A stretch of 64,000 nt of DNA from Heteronotia binoei (GCF_032191835.1 NC_083229.1:87544001-87608000); one strand, 5' to 3'; counted from the first letter of the stretch, positions 24,110 through 36,989 are shown. The notes: generated by a model from the sequence alone, not told the origin. Made by a program: numbers and translations.

Positions 24110-26890
24110 AGAGGGAGAAAGAGAGAGAAGCATGCAGAATGCAGCTTCCTTTATTCTTCTTGGCCAGAAAAAGTGTATTTGCCTACCACTTCATTGGTAG
24201 TATGGCCCAAGTGACCATTTTTGTGTACAGCATCATACAGGCTTTGCCTCTAATGATCTTGCACGGTTAGACAATAAGAAAAGACAAACAGTTCGGCTGC
24301 TGGACAAAAAAAATGTATATTAATTCATCAATAGCAGGTGTCAGTTGCACATTCAGTTCTTTATGAAAAGTCATAAATAAAGAATTGTTCTTTCTTTCTG
24401 TGGTTTTAATAAGAGTTCAAAAATTGTTCAAAGTCTTGTAAATGTTATTTTAATAATCCTTCTAAAATTTTATCTGTTGCTCTTGCCTCTGGGAAAATGA
24501 TTATTAGAATGTTAATCCTACTTGTTCAGGAATACGATGAGGCGTCCTGTGGGGGAATGGTTCCTCTCAGTATGTAAATTTCCTCCTTTACCTTACTTTG
24601 CTAATATCATGGCAGAATTTCTTACCCCTTGTGAGGCAGTTGAAAAGGTTTTTCATCCTTACAGCCCTGTCCCATGGTATTTAACATACACACAAAAAAT
24701 AAAATTATTAACAGACTTCCTGCTGGGTAGCTTGTTTGTGTGAATGGTACTTTTAGAAAGGTTTTTCTAACAAGTTCTATACATAACTTGCTTCTTGTCA
24801 CAGATGAACATTGCTCAGTTCATGAGCCTTGGCTTCATCTGATGCCAGTGAAACTTTGGAAGATAAGTAAGGGGCTCTGTATGGTTTAAAAAGAAAAGCA
24901 AAATATATCTGGCTGTTTAGCAGAATGAAAGGTAAAATTACATTTGTGTTTGGACACAGGGCTAATTCTGAGAAGCAGATATTTTAATGTGTCCTTTAAA
25001 ACACTGTTTGGCTTCAAGGGTATTAGATAGGCAACATATTGTTTCATTGATGGTCCTTTCTTTCTGGAGTTTCCAGCAGTTCCGTAAATGACCAGAAATC
25101 TGTTGCTCCAATTTTAGTCCAAATGTTCCCTAGGATTGCATTTTACAACATTTTGAAACATCTTTTTCTGTTTAAATGCCCCATATTTTGTCATGCAGGG
25201 AAGCTAGTAGACTGAGCAAGGTTTAAACATTTAATTTTGTTAGAGAAAAACAAAAACTTTTGCCCAGCAAATGTCTTGACATGGTGGCCCATTACCTATG
25301 CATACTTTCTGTATTTTTTGAAAATTAGTTTTATTTTCAAAATAACTGCTTTTCTGCCCTTAATCCTCTGGCTCATCTAATTTCTGGTCTTTGTATTATT
25401 AAGTATATATTTTGAAAGCACAATACAGCTATTCTTAACCTTTATCCATCATAAGGAATTATTTTAAAACTAACATTTGGAAGGCTTATTCCTGTAAGCA
25501 AAGTTTTGTATATTCTTGGAAAGCTTGACTGGATATGATGCAGCTAAGCGTGTTAGATATTATATAGCTGAGAAATGTTCTAGCAAAAATATACATAATC
25601 TTGGTTGCCTTTGATTTCTAGTGCTTTTTTAATGGAAGACGTACTTACATCATGTACTGTCACTGCTCTCTATGGTAAACTTTTATAAGACATCTTGCAA
25701 ATTGCAAACAAGACAATGAACAAACCACTGCTTGATGTTTCACTTGAAAGCATGCAAATACAGACGTTTCCTTTTTGTGTGTTCTGGTATCTGCATTTAA
25801 GTCTTCTCTGACCCTAGTGACTGGAAGAAGTTTGCTGAAGTCTGGTTCTTACTTCATCGGTTCTAAAACCAATAAGACTCTTCATGCTGTGGTGTATAAA
25901 TGGTACGTCAGAAGAAATCATAAACCTATTCCTTAAAGGAAGCTGATCCTTGGAAGATTAAACGAAAAAAAGACTAATGTACAGGCTGTAACTTCTCTAG
26001 ACACATTTGGATATTTCTTATGTGGAGCAGGAAAACTTCAGAGATATGTTTACTGTTAAACTAGTGTATATAAAGGCTAGTAATAATGGCAATGTATTTT
26101 AGGCCTAGAGAGCAGAAACAATTTATCCAAGCTAGGCTTGGATGCTTGGCAGTGGGAAATACACCAATGTGAGAATGGTCTCATACCACAAAAATGACAT
26201 TCCAAAGTCTAAATTCTGATTATCCATAGTTATAAATAGAAAACAATAAGTTCAGTTATGAGGACTTGTTTAGGCCAGGCTATAAACTCCAGAGTCATTG
26301 GATGAGTCACTGTGCATTTGGAGGTCAAAAGCAGTATAGGTACAGTGGGGTGCTCCTGCTTGTATGGATGCACTTCTGGTTTCTAATAATCCCTTCATAA
26401 CTGTATATAAATGTAATGCTAAACTATTTTGCTCTCAGGAGTGATTTTGGATGATATCAACTGTATTCAGTGAAATTATGTAACATGGATTAAATTGTCT
26501 GTTCCTGAAATGGTTAGAACTTGTGTGCTTGCTTGTGTACATAAATGTGAGAGAGTCTGTCACTGTTACTAATAATATGAATAAGTGTCTGAAAATTGTG
26601 AGAGAGCCATCTTCCCCTTCCCCAACATTCAGTGTCGGGCATATTGCAAGTTACTTGCTTCCACAGTCTGAATGGCACAAACCTTGCAATGAGAGTTTAT
26701 AACGTATCTTGTTGGCTGTGCTTTTAAAAACAAATTACAATAACATGAGGGTGCCTAAAAGAACCTGATCAACATTTTTTCCTGTTGTTGCTTTATTTAA
26801 AGTGATAATTATTAAACCAAGCCAAAGGTGTTCGTTAATCTGTTTAAAAGGGAAGTTTCTGATAAAATAAAATTAAAGCAGTGTCTCAGT
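24110..26890 (+). other. VAPA: VAPA 3' UTR (long, AU-rich; distal end uncertain)
   Basis: AU-rich tract after the stop with no recognisable TE; AATAAA at 24376-24381, 26866-26871 (followed by ATTAAA) and 28142-28147. Confidence 0.55.
24376..24381 (+). promoter_or_regulatory. proximal polyadenylation signal of VAPA
   Basis: AATAAA ~270 nt after the stop, followed by a GU/U-rich tract (ttgttctttctttctgtggtttt). Confidence 0.55.
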
Positions 26891-27324
26891 ATATGCCCTT
26901 GCTCACACAGTTGTAAAAGCTTTGGATTGGCACACTAGGTGGCAACCTACTATACTATTTGGGTATAAACTAATAATTTCAGCACTTTGTCAACATGTTA
27001 AGTAACTGAAATTCTAATAGTATGATAGTGATTGTATTGTGCACAGCAGGTAGTTTGTGATAGACTTCAGTGTCGCTGCTTATTGTCTACATGATTAAGA
27101 ATATAACTGGAAAATCAGGCTACAAATATTTGTTAGCATGATAGTATATACAGCAAATACATTGGGTTTGTAGAAGTCTTTTATGTGTGCATGCATGGAT
27201 AAATTGTAACTTCAGATGATCTGTTATTCCTTGATGGAGGAATATGTTCTCAGCCATATTGAAGAACGCAGTTGCAAGTAATTGGGGAGGGGAACCCACT
27301 GACTGGCACCTGCAACATCATTCA

Positions 27325-28050
27325 TTTTTTTTATTTCTATACCCCCAGAAGGCTCAGGGCAGTGTACAACATTGTTTTTTTAAAAAAGTTTCACAAGCAA
27401 ATATAAAATTAATCTAAAGCCCACTTGGATTAAATCTTAAAAACATTCTGATGGCATAGATAAATAATTCCTCTTATGGGGGGGAGGCAGATCAGGGCCA
27501 GATATGATGGTAACCTGTTGCTATCCTCGACCATAGGCTTGGTGGAACATCTCTGTTTTGCAAGCCCTGCAGAGCTGTCTCAAGTCTCATACGGCACGGA
27601 TGTCACCAAGTAGAGAGTTCCGCCAGGGCTGAGAAGGCACTGCCTCAGGTTGAGGATTGCTGGATGTCCTTTGGGCCAGGGACCACCCATGGATTCTGAT
27701 CTTCTGAGTGCAAGGCTCTCTGGGGGATATACCAGGAGAGGCAATCCCACACGTACACTGGTCCCAGACAATGTAGAGCTTTATATGTCAAAATAGAACC
27801 TTGAAGTAAATACAGTACTCAACTTGGAACCTGTGCAGCTGGCAAGGCACCTGTATGGTGAACTGAGAGGCCCAACAGCACTTCCAGTCCTTGATTCCTC
27901 ATGCTCTGTTTCATCCTGCGATGGTGCAAATGATGAATAAAGCAAGTTCCCCACAGTGCAGTTAGCAAGTGGATATAATAAAATGGAATCTGTAAGGACA
28001 GAAATCACTGCTAGGGGGCTAATGAGAGACTTCATTAGTTAGGCTGTTTT
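27325..28050 (-). mobile_element. old L2-like LINE 3' fragment
   Basis: 3'-end motifs similar to the 2305-2830 copy (ggctcagggcag, cctttgggccaggg, ctggtccca...tgtag..cttta); heavily decayed. Confidence 0.55.
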
Positions 28051-28544
28051 ATGCACAGACTCCACTGACAGTCTTTCTCCCTCAGAGATGGTCTTCTGTG
28101 TTTTAATTTATGGTGATTCCATCCATGTTGCTATTTGATATAATAAATTATTTTGTAGAGTATTCCTCTTGAAAGATGCTTGCATAAGGAGCTTCAAGAC
28201 CAATAAAGGCATCTTAGCTGTCAAAAAGAATGTTACTTGTTAAGCTAATAAAACATACAGTGGCTGTACTGGAAGTGAGGTCTGGAGGTAATGATCTGAA
28301 GTTTTTGCTTTCTTTGCTGTGAATGGTCAAGCCTATCAATGGGAGTAAGGGATTTACAGTTGGTAGAACTTTGATATTTGGTATCAGTTGAATTTGTTTT
28401 CTTATAAAAAAACTTCATAGGTGATGTGGGAAATCCGTTAAATATAGGTCTGTTGGAATAATCAGACATCCATGATCTACAAAGAAAACTGCTGCACTTG
28501 GTTTTGGGCTCACCTAAATCCAGCTGACTTCACTGTTTCACATT

Positions 28545-28800
28545 TAGAATTATACAGTTGGAAGGCACTTCCAAGGTCATCTAGTCCAACCCCCTGCACA
28601 ATGCAGGAGAGCCCACCACGTTCCGAGGAAGTCTGTTCCAATGAGGACCTGCTCTAACTGGAAATTCTTCCTAATGTTTAGCCAAAAACTCTTGATTTAA
28701 TTTCAGCCCGTTGGTTCTGGGACAACAGAAAACAAATCTGCACTGTCCTCTATATGACACTCCAAGTACTTGAAGATGGTTATCATAGCATTTTGGAGCA
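28545..28800 (-). mobile_element. CR1 LINE 3' fragment
   Basis: tagaattatacagttggaaggcacttccaaggtcatctagtccaaccccctgcacaatgcagg, a CR1-type 3' terminus; same family as 60969-61205. Confidence 0.7.
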
Positions 28801-29096
28801 TTGCAGGGTTTTTTTGAATGGTTGGTGTGATACCCTTAGGTGCAGAAATGATATCCCTTTTCCGTCTAGTCAGAGCAGCTAAATAACCTGACCAAATATC
28901 AAGTTGCAGGGGCCTTGATAACAGAAAGACCAGTCTGAAAATTCTAATTGGAAGTGGAGAGAAAGGGAACATGGCAAAAAAGGACTAATGCTAGAAGAAG
29001 AAAGTGGAAGCACTGGAGAAGGGGGATGCTGTATATATAGGCTAGGCCTTTTTTCTCATTGCCTTTTGTAACTCTCTGCTGCTGTCTTTCTGCCTC

Positions 29097-29325
29097 AGAG
29101 CCCATTGTGGTGTAGTGGTTAGGAGTGGCAGACTAATCTGGAAAACTGGGTTCCCCCCTTCTCCTCATACAGCCAGCTGGATAACCTTGAGTCAGTCACA
29201 GTTGTCTCGCTCTCACCCCACCTACCTCACTGGGTATCTGCTGTGGAGAGAAGAAGGGAAGGTGATTGTAAGCCACTCCAGAACTCCTTCCAGTAGTGAA
29301 GGGCAGTGTATAAAATCAGCTCTTC
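29097..29325 (+). mobile_element. tRNA-derived squamate SINE
   Basis: A-box tggtgtagtggttag, then ...ctcacccacctacctcactgggtatctgctgtgg...; sibling copy at 38107-38335. Confidence 0.7.
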
Positions 29326-30070
29326 AGTGCCTGTGCTGAAGAGCCTACAGCATTAAATATGAAAGTTAAGGAGGAAAGAGTAATAAGTTTGATAAAAGCA
29401 AATATGGTGATGCATGCTGAGGCTTTGCTTGGAGCTTTGTCTTCAGCTGTGTTTATTTGCCACCTTAACACCCTACTTTGTTGCACTTTACTATTACGAG
29501 ACCTGAAAATTGCAGAATCTTGCATGTAAAAAAAATCATGCAGATGTTTGCTTTAGTGTAGCTGATTTTCAGCTTTATCAAATACAATGATCTGTTAGGG
29601 TTTTGGTTAAGTGCATTTTAAAACGTTTTATGCCATTTTATTTCAGGTTATTGAAGCTAACATTACAATCTGAGCTAGGATGTTGCCACTCTACTAGAGA
29701 CAGTATTCTATATTTTGGCTCCTTTAATGGCCCTCTATATTCACAGGTTCCTTACAATTACATTTGCTCCTCCTAACTCACTACTGGTAGTTTGAAAAAG
29801 CCTTTGATTCATTTTGAAGCCCTTTCATTGGAAAGCTAGGCAGACAGGGAATCTTACAAGGTTTACACTGATACGTTTTCAAGCAACCCATTTTGTGTTC
29901 AGTCTCCTCTGTAGTATTGCAAACTGACCCACAGGCCCAGATAAGGGGAAGAAATGTGCTGTGGTGCATTTTTAAAACATGCCAAGATGTTATCTTATGT
30001 ATTCTAGAGCTTAATATCCTCTAAAAGCATTTCTTTCTCTAAACACACATCTTCAGATGATGATGCACAG

Positions 30071-30301
30071 CAGGGGTGGCCAATAGTACCTCTCCAGATT
30101 TTTTGCCTACAACTCCCATCAGCCCCAGCCAGCATGGCCATCTGGAGAGCTACCGTCGGCCACCCCTGACAGTATAACTGCATTGCCTTGCTAACTCATG
30201 TCCATAGGTAGAGAAAATTTACCTGTTCAAATGGCCAATGGCTGGGGCTGATGGGAGTTGTAGGCAAAAAACATCTGGAGAGCTATCGTTGGCCACCCCT
30301 G
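30071..30301. mobile_element. palindromic MITE, rearranged and partly duplicated
   Basis: left arm plus deleted right arm, 62-bp flank, complete right arm, then the same flank again (30302-30363). Confidence 0.85.
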
Positions 30302-31428
30302 ACAGTATAACTGCATTGCCTTGCTAACTCATGTCTATAGGTAGAGAAGATTTACCTGTTCAAAAATACTTCCCCTTCTTGCTGCAGTGTGTGTGCTGGT
30401 ACTTTGCTTTTTCCTGAGAACAGTGCCATTGTTTAGTAACACTACTGGAGATTATAGAGAAAAAGCTGCAGTAAGGAGACTGGTTTTAATTCAGTGTGAT
30501 GCCAGATATCACCACTAGATGGCAATAGTTCATTAGTCCTGATTTTCTCTGACTGGCACTGGAAGCAACTTTCATGTTGTAACAATTTAACGTATGATGG
30601 GTTTTTTTGTTTTTTTTTTATCATTTTTGAGGACGTGAATACCTACCACAGTTCTGTCATTGCAGGCAGCAAGTTTGTCCTTGACTAGTTTAAGTTTTTA
30701 AAACTTCTAATGTATTAGAAATGTGTTTTGAGTAATGCATCACTCAAAACACTTGGGTGATGTAAACATTTCAAATGACAGAAGTAAAACTACCAATGAC
30801 TAGTATGTATATCTAAATTAAGTGGCAATGAATGCAAAACATGCTCAAGATCTTGCTCAGGAGTTGCTGAAAGGCTTTTTCTATGTTCCTGGAGGTTTAC
30901 TGGACTGTATCCCATAACTAGTACAGATGAAAACTGCAAGAACAAATAGTGATTGGGTAACCCGTTGTAACCTCCTAAACCAAAGGGGAAAAGAGGGGCC
31001 TCTAAAAAGTACTGGTCTGCTTTTAACCATGGAGTGGATTAGTAGCAATTTAAAAACTTTCACCACAAATGATGTTAAGAATGATTAAAAAGCAATGGGG
31101 CTTGGGAAAGGAGACTTAGGGGGAAATTCAAGGGCTTCTGCTTTCAAGTTAAGTGAGCATATCCTGTTTAATGGTGCACATTGTGTTTTAGCCTCACTGT
31201 ACATCTAAGTGGAGTTGTATACCAGATTTGATGGCCATACACACCCAAATTCAAGTATATTTAACTCTAGGTATTGCAAAGTCTGGCTGTGGAAGAAATA
31301 CAGCTTGTTTAGTAGAATATTCTGGTTTTGGCAGAGAGCTTACAACTAAAAAATATTTTGACTTTTCAAAAGAGCAAGAAAACACATTCACTCTTGAGGA
31401 AACGCTGAAGGAGTTGTTTCATTTACAG

Positions 31429-31434
31429 TTTATT
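31429..31434 (-). promoter_or_regulatory. candidate distal poly(A) signal of APCDD1
   Basis: AATAAA on the - strand ending an AU-rich, UTR-like tract (31440-32200); I saw no nearer AATAAA between the stop and this site. Confidence 0.35.
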
Positions 31435-32457
31435 TAAACAAGTGCTCAAACGTCCCAGACTGTTAAATCTGTAAAACAATTCTGGGAAACACAATAGCTT
31501 TTTACCATGTTACAAAAATAAAATATATCTATTAGAAACAATTCTGGGGCTTTCTGCAATGTACACCAACCTTTAAAATCAAATCTTTTATAGCAGTATG
31601 TCATTTGGAGAATAATGCACCTAATGACAGCATGCTAGTTCTACAATCTGAAATGCAGAGCCAAATGCATACTGAAAATCCTCGCTTTGCATACTCAAAA
31701 ATGGCTGAAGTTATAAGAACTGCATGTGTGCAGCTGTATGGCAGCCTTGCCTTCAGAATGACTGGATTCCTTTCCGCTGCTGCTGCCACTAGCAGGTGCT
31801 GAAAATTAATGCCAGCAACAGGGCCCTCATGAGAGCAGTTTCCAGTGTCTGGGGTTTTTGTTTGGTGACTACAGTGCTTTTAAAAGTCTTGTGTTTTCTC
31901 CTAAGCTTGTGGCCAGTCACGTATCAGCTGACCCTGTTGCTTTCTGTTTCTTAAGTGTTATACATGTGTAAAACTTTTTTGTAGATTCAGCTTCTTTCTC
32001 TGTAAGATTTAAATGGACAACAATTCACTGGAGAGATGCTTATTTTTACAGTTGGAATTTGTAACACTTCCAAGATTGTAACTGTTACATTGCTATGAGT
32101 GTTGCCATTACTTCAGATCTTGAATGCTAAAACTATAAAAGCAACTGCTCTATTTTTGTAAAAAAAATTACACAATTCCTTTTTAGAGTTGGTCGTGTTT
32201 GTTCCAACTCCTTTTGCAGTTTACTCAAGTGCTGCACTCAGGCATGCCACACAGCAGTTAAACTCATCAGGCACAAAAGCAGTGGGTTGCAGCATGTGTA
32301 TATCTCCTTTAGCACAACGATCAAACACTCCTTTAGCACACAGGGATCAAACACTCTCCAGTTTTATCAGGCTTCAGTTGCTGAGATTCAAACTAGAATC
32401 CCTTGGGGAAAACAAACTCCATTTTTTTTTTAGGTACCTGCATTTAGTTGGCACAAC

Positions 32458-32551
32458 CAATATCTGCTGAGTAAGGCTACCAGATCCAGGATTTTGGTGG
32501 GGGAAAGCCTGCACTATAAATCCTTACAAAGTCTGGATTTCTTCCCAGCAA
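32458..32551. repeat. 94-bp dispersed direct repeat, copy 1
   Basis: identical to 33699-33792. Confidence 0.92.
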
Positions 32552-33698
32552 TTCAACTGGAGCTTGAATAAGCCACAAAGTTTTCAATCAGTTTTCATGC
32601 ACAGGAGGTGGGAAGAATTGATGGAGTGTACATCAGGGCAATAAAGTAAACTTGTAACTGACCTCTTAACTGCAGTTGGTTGCAATGTCTGAATGCGGCC
32701 TGGGCCTTTCCAAGAGGCTAGAACGAAAGCCCCATGGGAATTTGCCCCAAGCCCTTCTTTTCTGCCTCCCTCCCAGTCAAGACAAATCTATTGTAGCGGG
32801 GAGGGGCAGATGGCAGGCAGCAAGTAGAATCCTTGTGGGATCCACTCTAATGCCCAGATGCTCTTGAGTAGCTTCACAGCATCTTTTCTTGCCAAGATGC
32901 ATGAAGGCTGGTTTTTGCCTCTTGGCCCAATTCATTAAGGTAGGCCATGGAAACAGCTGTACATTGTGAGCAAGGAAGCTACTCATTGGGCTTAAGGATA
33001 AAAGCCTTGGTCTGTTATAAGCCATAGCCAGATCCAAAGTTAATGAGATTTCCTCAATTCAGAAATTTGCTGGCATCATTACTGTGGCTTAATGAATGTT
33101 AGTTAAAGCCATGAGTCATAGTTATGCAAGAAGGTAAGTGGTCAGTAACTAAAGTGCTTGTCATAGCTGACGATGTTAAAGTTTTGAGAACTATATATAT
33201 TAACAGCTGAATTGAAAGAAACACAACCCTTAACTGGAAGGTTTTGTATTGTATCTTAGCATTAACCTCTGAAATTATTCAAAAACATAAGTCTACCACT
33301 ACCACACCCCACAAACATGGTGGTTGAGAATTTACAAGGGGGAGGAATTCTGACCTTCAAAAACAAAATACCAGTGAAATATCAGACAAAAGAATGTGTG
33401 CATACATTACTAAACTTGAGTAGGGGTTTTCAATCACTCTTCCATCAGGCACAGGTCTGAGATGCAAATGAAAAAAATGTCTTGGAAAAGCACACCCAGC
33501 ACTGAATTGATGTTACACAAATGAGTCAGGAGAGTGGAGGAATTCTGCAGCCGAATGGGCTTAGGGTTTTCTTTCTCTTGCGGCTCCTGTTTTGTCTAAC
33601 CACAAGAAGTATTTTGGAAGCATTTTAAAAACTCTTGTTTGTTTGCCTGGCTTGAGGAACAGAAACACAGCTAGTCTCTGAGCTTGTGCTCTCATGGG

Positions 33699-33792
33699 CA
33701 ATATCTGCTGAGTAAGGCTACCAGATCCAGGATTTTGGTGGGGGAAAGCCTGCACTATAAATCCTTACAAAGTCTGGATTTCTTCCCAGCAA
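33699..33792. repeat. 94-bp dispersed direct repeat, copy 2
   Basis: identical to 32458-32551. Confidence 0.92.
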
Positions 33793-34656
33793 ATTTCTGG
33801 TTCCATTCATTCCTGAATGCTCATTTTTCAAAAGTTCTTCCCCTTCTACTCTTGGCTTACCCTTTTACAAATTTAATGATACAAGTTTATAGCTAATGGT
33901 CAACATTCAGAAACTTTAGAGGGATATGTTTTGTATTTTGAGGAGTTGCATTTCAAATATTTGAATGTTATCAACCACAGCTGGACTTCAACTCAAAAAA
34001 TGTGATGAGTTTTCAATTTCTAAGCATCACGTTTCAAGTTGAATTCCTTGATTTGCCACATTTTCTTTGATGCTTGCATATTCCCACCACATTTTCAAGC
34101 CTATTTCTACCGCCTTGAGGTACTAGTAAGCAAAACCTCAGCGCAGTTAGATGTTCTGACATCAATGCAACATAATTTTTATATAAATCCTGATGCACTG
34201 TTAAAGAAAGTAAGATTAGCACTGGCTTGTTTATCAAATTAGATATTTTTATGGATCCAGTATCTAATGCACATTGCTCAATTGTTTTAAATAATCCGTG
34301 AGTTCCAGGAATTTACTACTTTATCTCTTACTGTCATATTTTGCCATAGGAGGTGAGGCATTTTATATAATGTGTGGAGACACTATAGGTCATATTACAG
34401 CTTGAATTATACAAGTCAGTTACTACATTCATGTGAATGCATTTACACGCTATAGGCCATATTACACCTTGAATTATCATCAGTTTTCCTGCTTTCCAAA
34501 CTTGGCCCACATCATGCTGGCTGCTAACATTCATTTTTTTAAACCACAATGTATTGTGAATTTTTTTCTTTTAAAGTCTTTTGTAAAATACACTTTTATG
34601 GGAGTAGATTTAGCCTTGACTGCTTCATCGAATCGCTCAGTTTAACAGAGATCCAA

Positions 34657-34945
34657 GAGCCCCGTGGTGCGTGTGGTAAAGCTCCAGTACTACAATCTGA
34701 ACTCTCTGCTCACGAGCTGAGTTCGATCCCAGCGGAAGCTGGCTTCAGGTAGCCGGCTCAGGTTGACTTATCCTTCTGAGGTCGGTAAAATGAGTACCCA
34801 GCTTGCTGGGGGAAAAGTGTAGATGACTGAGGAAGGCAATGGCAAACCACCCCGTAAAAAGTCTGCCGTGAAAATGTTGTGAAAGCAATGTCACCCCAGA
34901 GTTGGAAATGACTGGTGCTTGCACAGGGGACTACCTTTACCTTTT
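34657..34945 (+). mobile_element. Sauria SINE-like element
   Basis: tRNA-like head with B-box gagttcgatccc, ggcaatggcaaaccac body, (accttt)n tail. Confidence 0.8.
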
Positions 34946-35752
34946 AAAGATAAGCACACTGCATATAATAGGCATCACATTCACCTGGCATTTCATAAAA
35001 ATATAGCACAAGGACCTCTGGATTCACTGAGAGATCTATCATTTTCTTCCTTTTGCTCTGCTTTTAAAAATCTGATCATAACCAATTGATGGTCTCCAGA
35101 AAACTGCTAACCCCCCACCCCCACAAATTTTTGAAAAGTACAACAATGCACGTGCTGAATGCCCACCTAGATCTTTTGATTATTCTCAAATTCAGCAGTT
35201 ATATATGAAAATATTTTAAATTATTTCTGCCCATTTTAATCACAAATACCTTCCTTTTATGTAAAGTCTATGAAAGTGTATTTAGACACATCCTGGCTTG
35301 AATTTCTCATATATATACACATATATACACTGTAGCATATGAATGATGCAATTTACCAGTATTGACACAATACGATAAAAGCATAATTCCTGATAAACTC
35401 CAAGATAACAACAAAGTTGGCAGGGTAAAAAGCTATATAAGACATTTAAATTTATCCTAGTACGTCCTTCTTAAAAAGGGGGAGGGGGTAGGAAACCAAG
35501 GGGGTAGGGAAAATCTGCAGTCTTAAAGTGCAATTACTGTTGTGCAGTCATGTCAGGCCACAGATCAGACTGGCTGATGTTAAAATTAGTGATGTTCAAG
35601 GCTCAAGGATGAAAGCTGTTCTTAGGCACTCAAGTGTATCATGCAAATGTGTTCTTGTGTTTGAGGAAAATGTCACCTCTCTTCTGTTCTTCTGTATCCT
35701 GATGCATGTGCCATCCTCATTCCTGATCTGAAAATGTGTATAATCCCAACTC

Positions 35753-36198
35753 CTAGCTGTAAATAACCAAGTGAGAAACAGTACAAAGCATCATAGCCAA
35801 AACAAGTGCCCAGGGATTTCTGCTTGGTGCTCCACTGCTGTACCATCCTAGTTTATTTTCTTCCAATGATCCATCTGCTCTTGGGGTTGATGAAGTACAT
35901 TGAATTAAGGGCATTTGATATGATGTGGCTCTCTTCTCTGGCCTGTCTGGGCTGGATCCATCACTAGGCCTTTGACCGTTGTATAGCAAGTATCTTCCCT
36001 TCGCATCCTGTTCCATTTTGAAGATTTCATATTCCGTATGAGGAAGGCGGATCCCCAAAGCAACGCAACCATTTGTGTGAGTAACATCCTGCTGTACTCC
36101 GACTTGCCAAGACCCTTCAGCCCCACACTCATTTCCATTGAAGACATTCAGTAGAGAGGCAGTTGCTATGTCCATGGGAGTGACCTTCATATGATTCA
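35753..36198 (-). CDS. APCDD1: APCDD1 last coding exon (exon 5)
   Basis: ctttgtag|TG acceptor; (V)[33 protein letters not shown]...[29 protein letters not shown]...; hydrophobic C-terminus; stop TAG. Confidence 0.96.
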
Positions 36199-36989
36199 CT
36201 ACAAAGAAATAGATTTCATACATGATTTGAGATAATCTTATTGTAGCCCAGACTGAGTTCCATTCAATACGAGCTTGACATTAATTTGTAAAAGACTCAG
36301 GTAACACTTTGTTTACTTTCAGGGTTGCTGATTATCAAGAGTAATTGTGCAGAATGTAATCAAAGTAGTTTTAAAATTGGAGTCAGTAAGCAGAGTCAGT
36401 AAGCACACACACAAAAATAAGAGAGCCCCGCTAGATCAGGCCAACTGTCCCCATCTAGTACAGTATCAGTTTTTTAAAATGCTTCTCAGCAGCCAGGCAT
36501 GAAGTCAAAAATCCAAGCCACTAGTAGTCAGAGGCATATTGCATAAGTTGGTTGGTTCCATATTGCTATTGGTAGGTGTTGGGAGATACGTATCTTTGAT
36601 GAGTTTGCTTGATTATCTTTAAATGTAATTTAACCCAGGGGGGCACTGGGTTCTGACAGTGGGTTCTTTTGCAAGAGTTTTAAAATCTATTTAGCATTGT
36701 GTCATAAGTGTGGAAGTGTAGTGATTCCCTACTCACTTTGCTCCTGAGGGGGGAGATCCCCTGTCAACAAGGGGACTATGAATTGTACTCCCCTCTGCAT
36801 GGAAATTTTGGATGGCATCCAGCCCTAGGGAGGGTGCATGGTTAGTCGAATTTATTTGTATTAGCGTTATAAGTCTTTTTTTCTAGCTGCAGCATTATGC
36901 TTTGCTAAACAAAATCAATAATTATTGGTTACTAATTTTAATGTTGAACATACAACATATTTAAATCAGATTCCTCCCAAACCCTAAAT

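Noticed and set aside
1783-36198. Identity as VAPB and APCDD1L, suggested by the convergent layout
   Set aside because: Protein sequences match VAPA ([37 protein letters not shown]...GKFIL) and APCDD1 ([29 protein letters not shown]) as recalled
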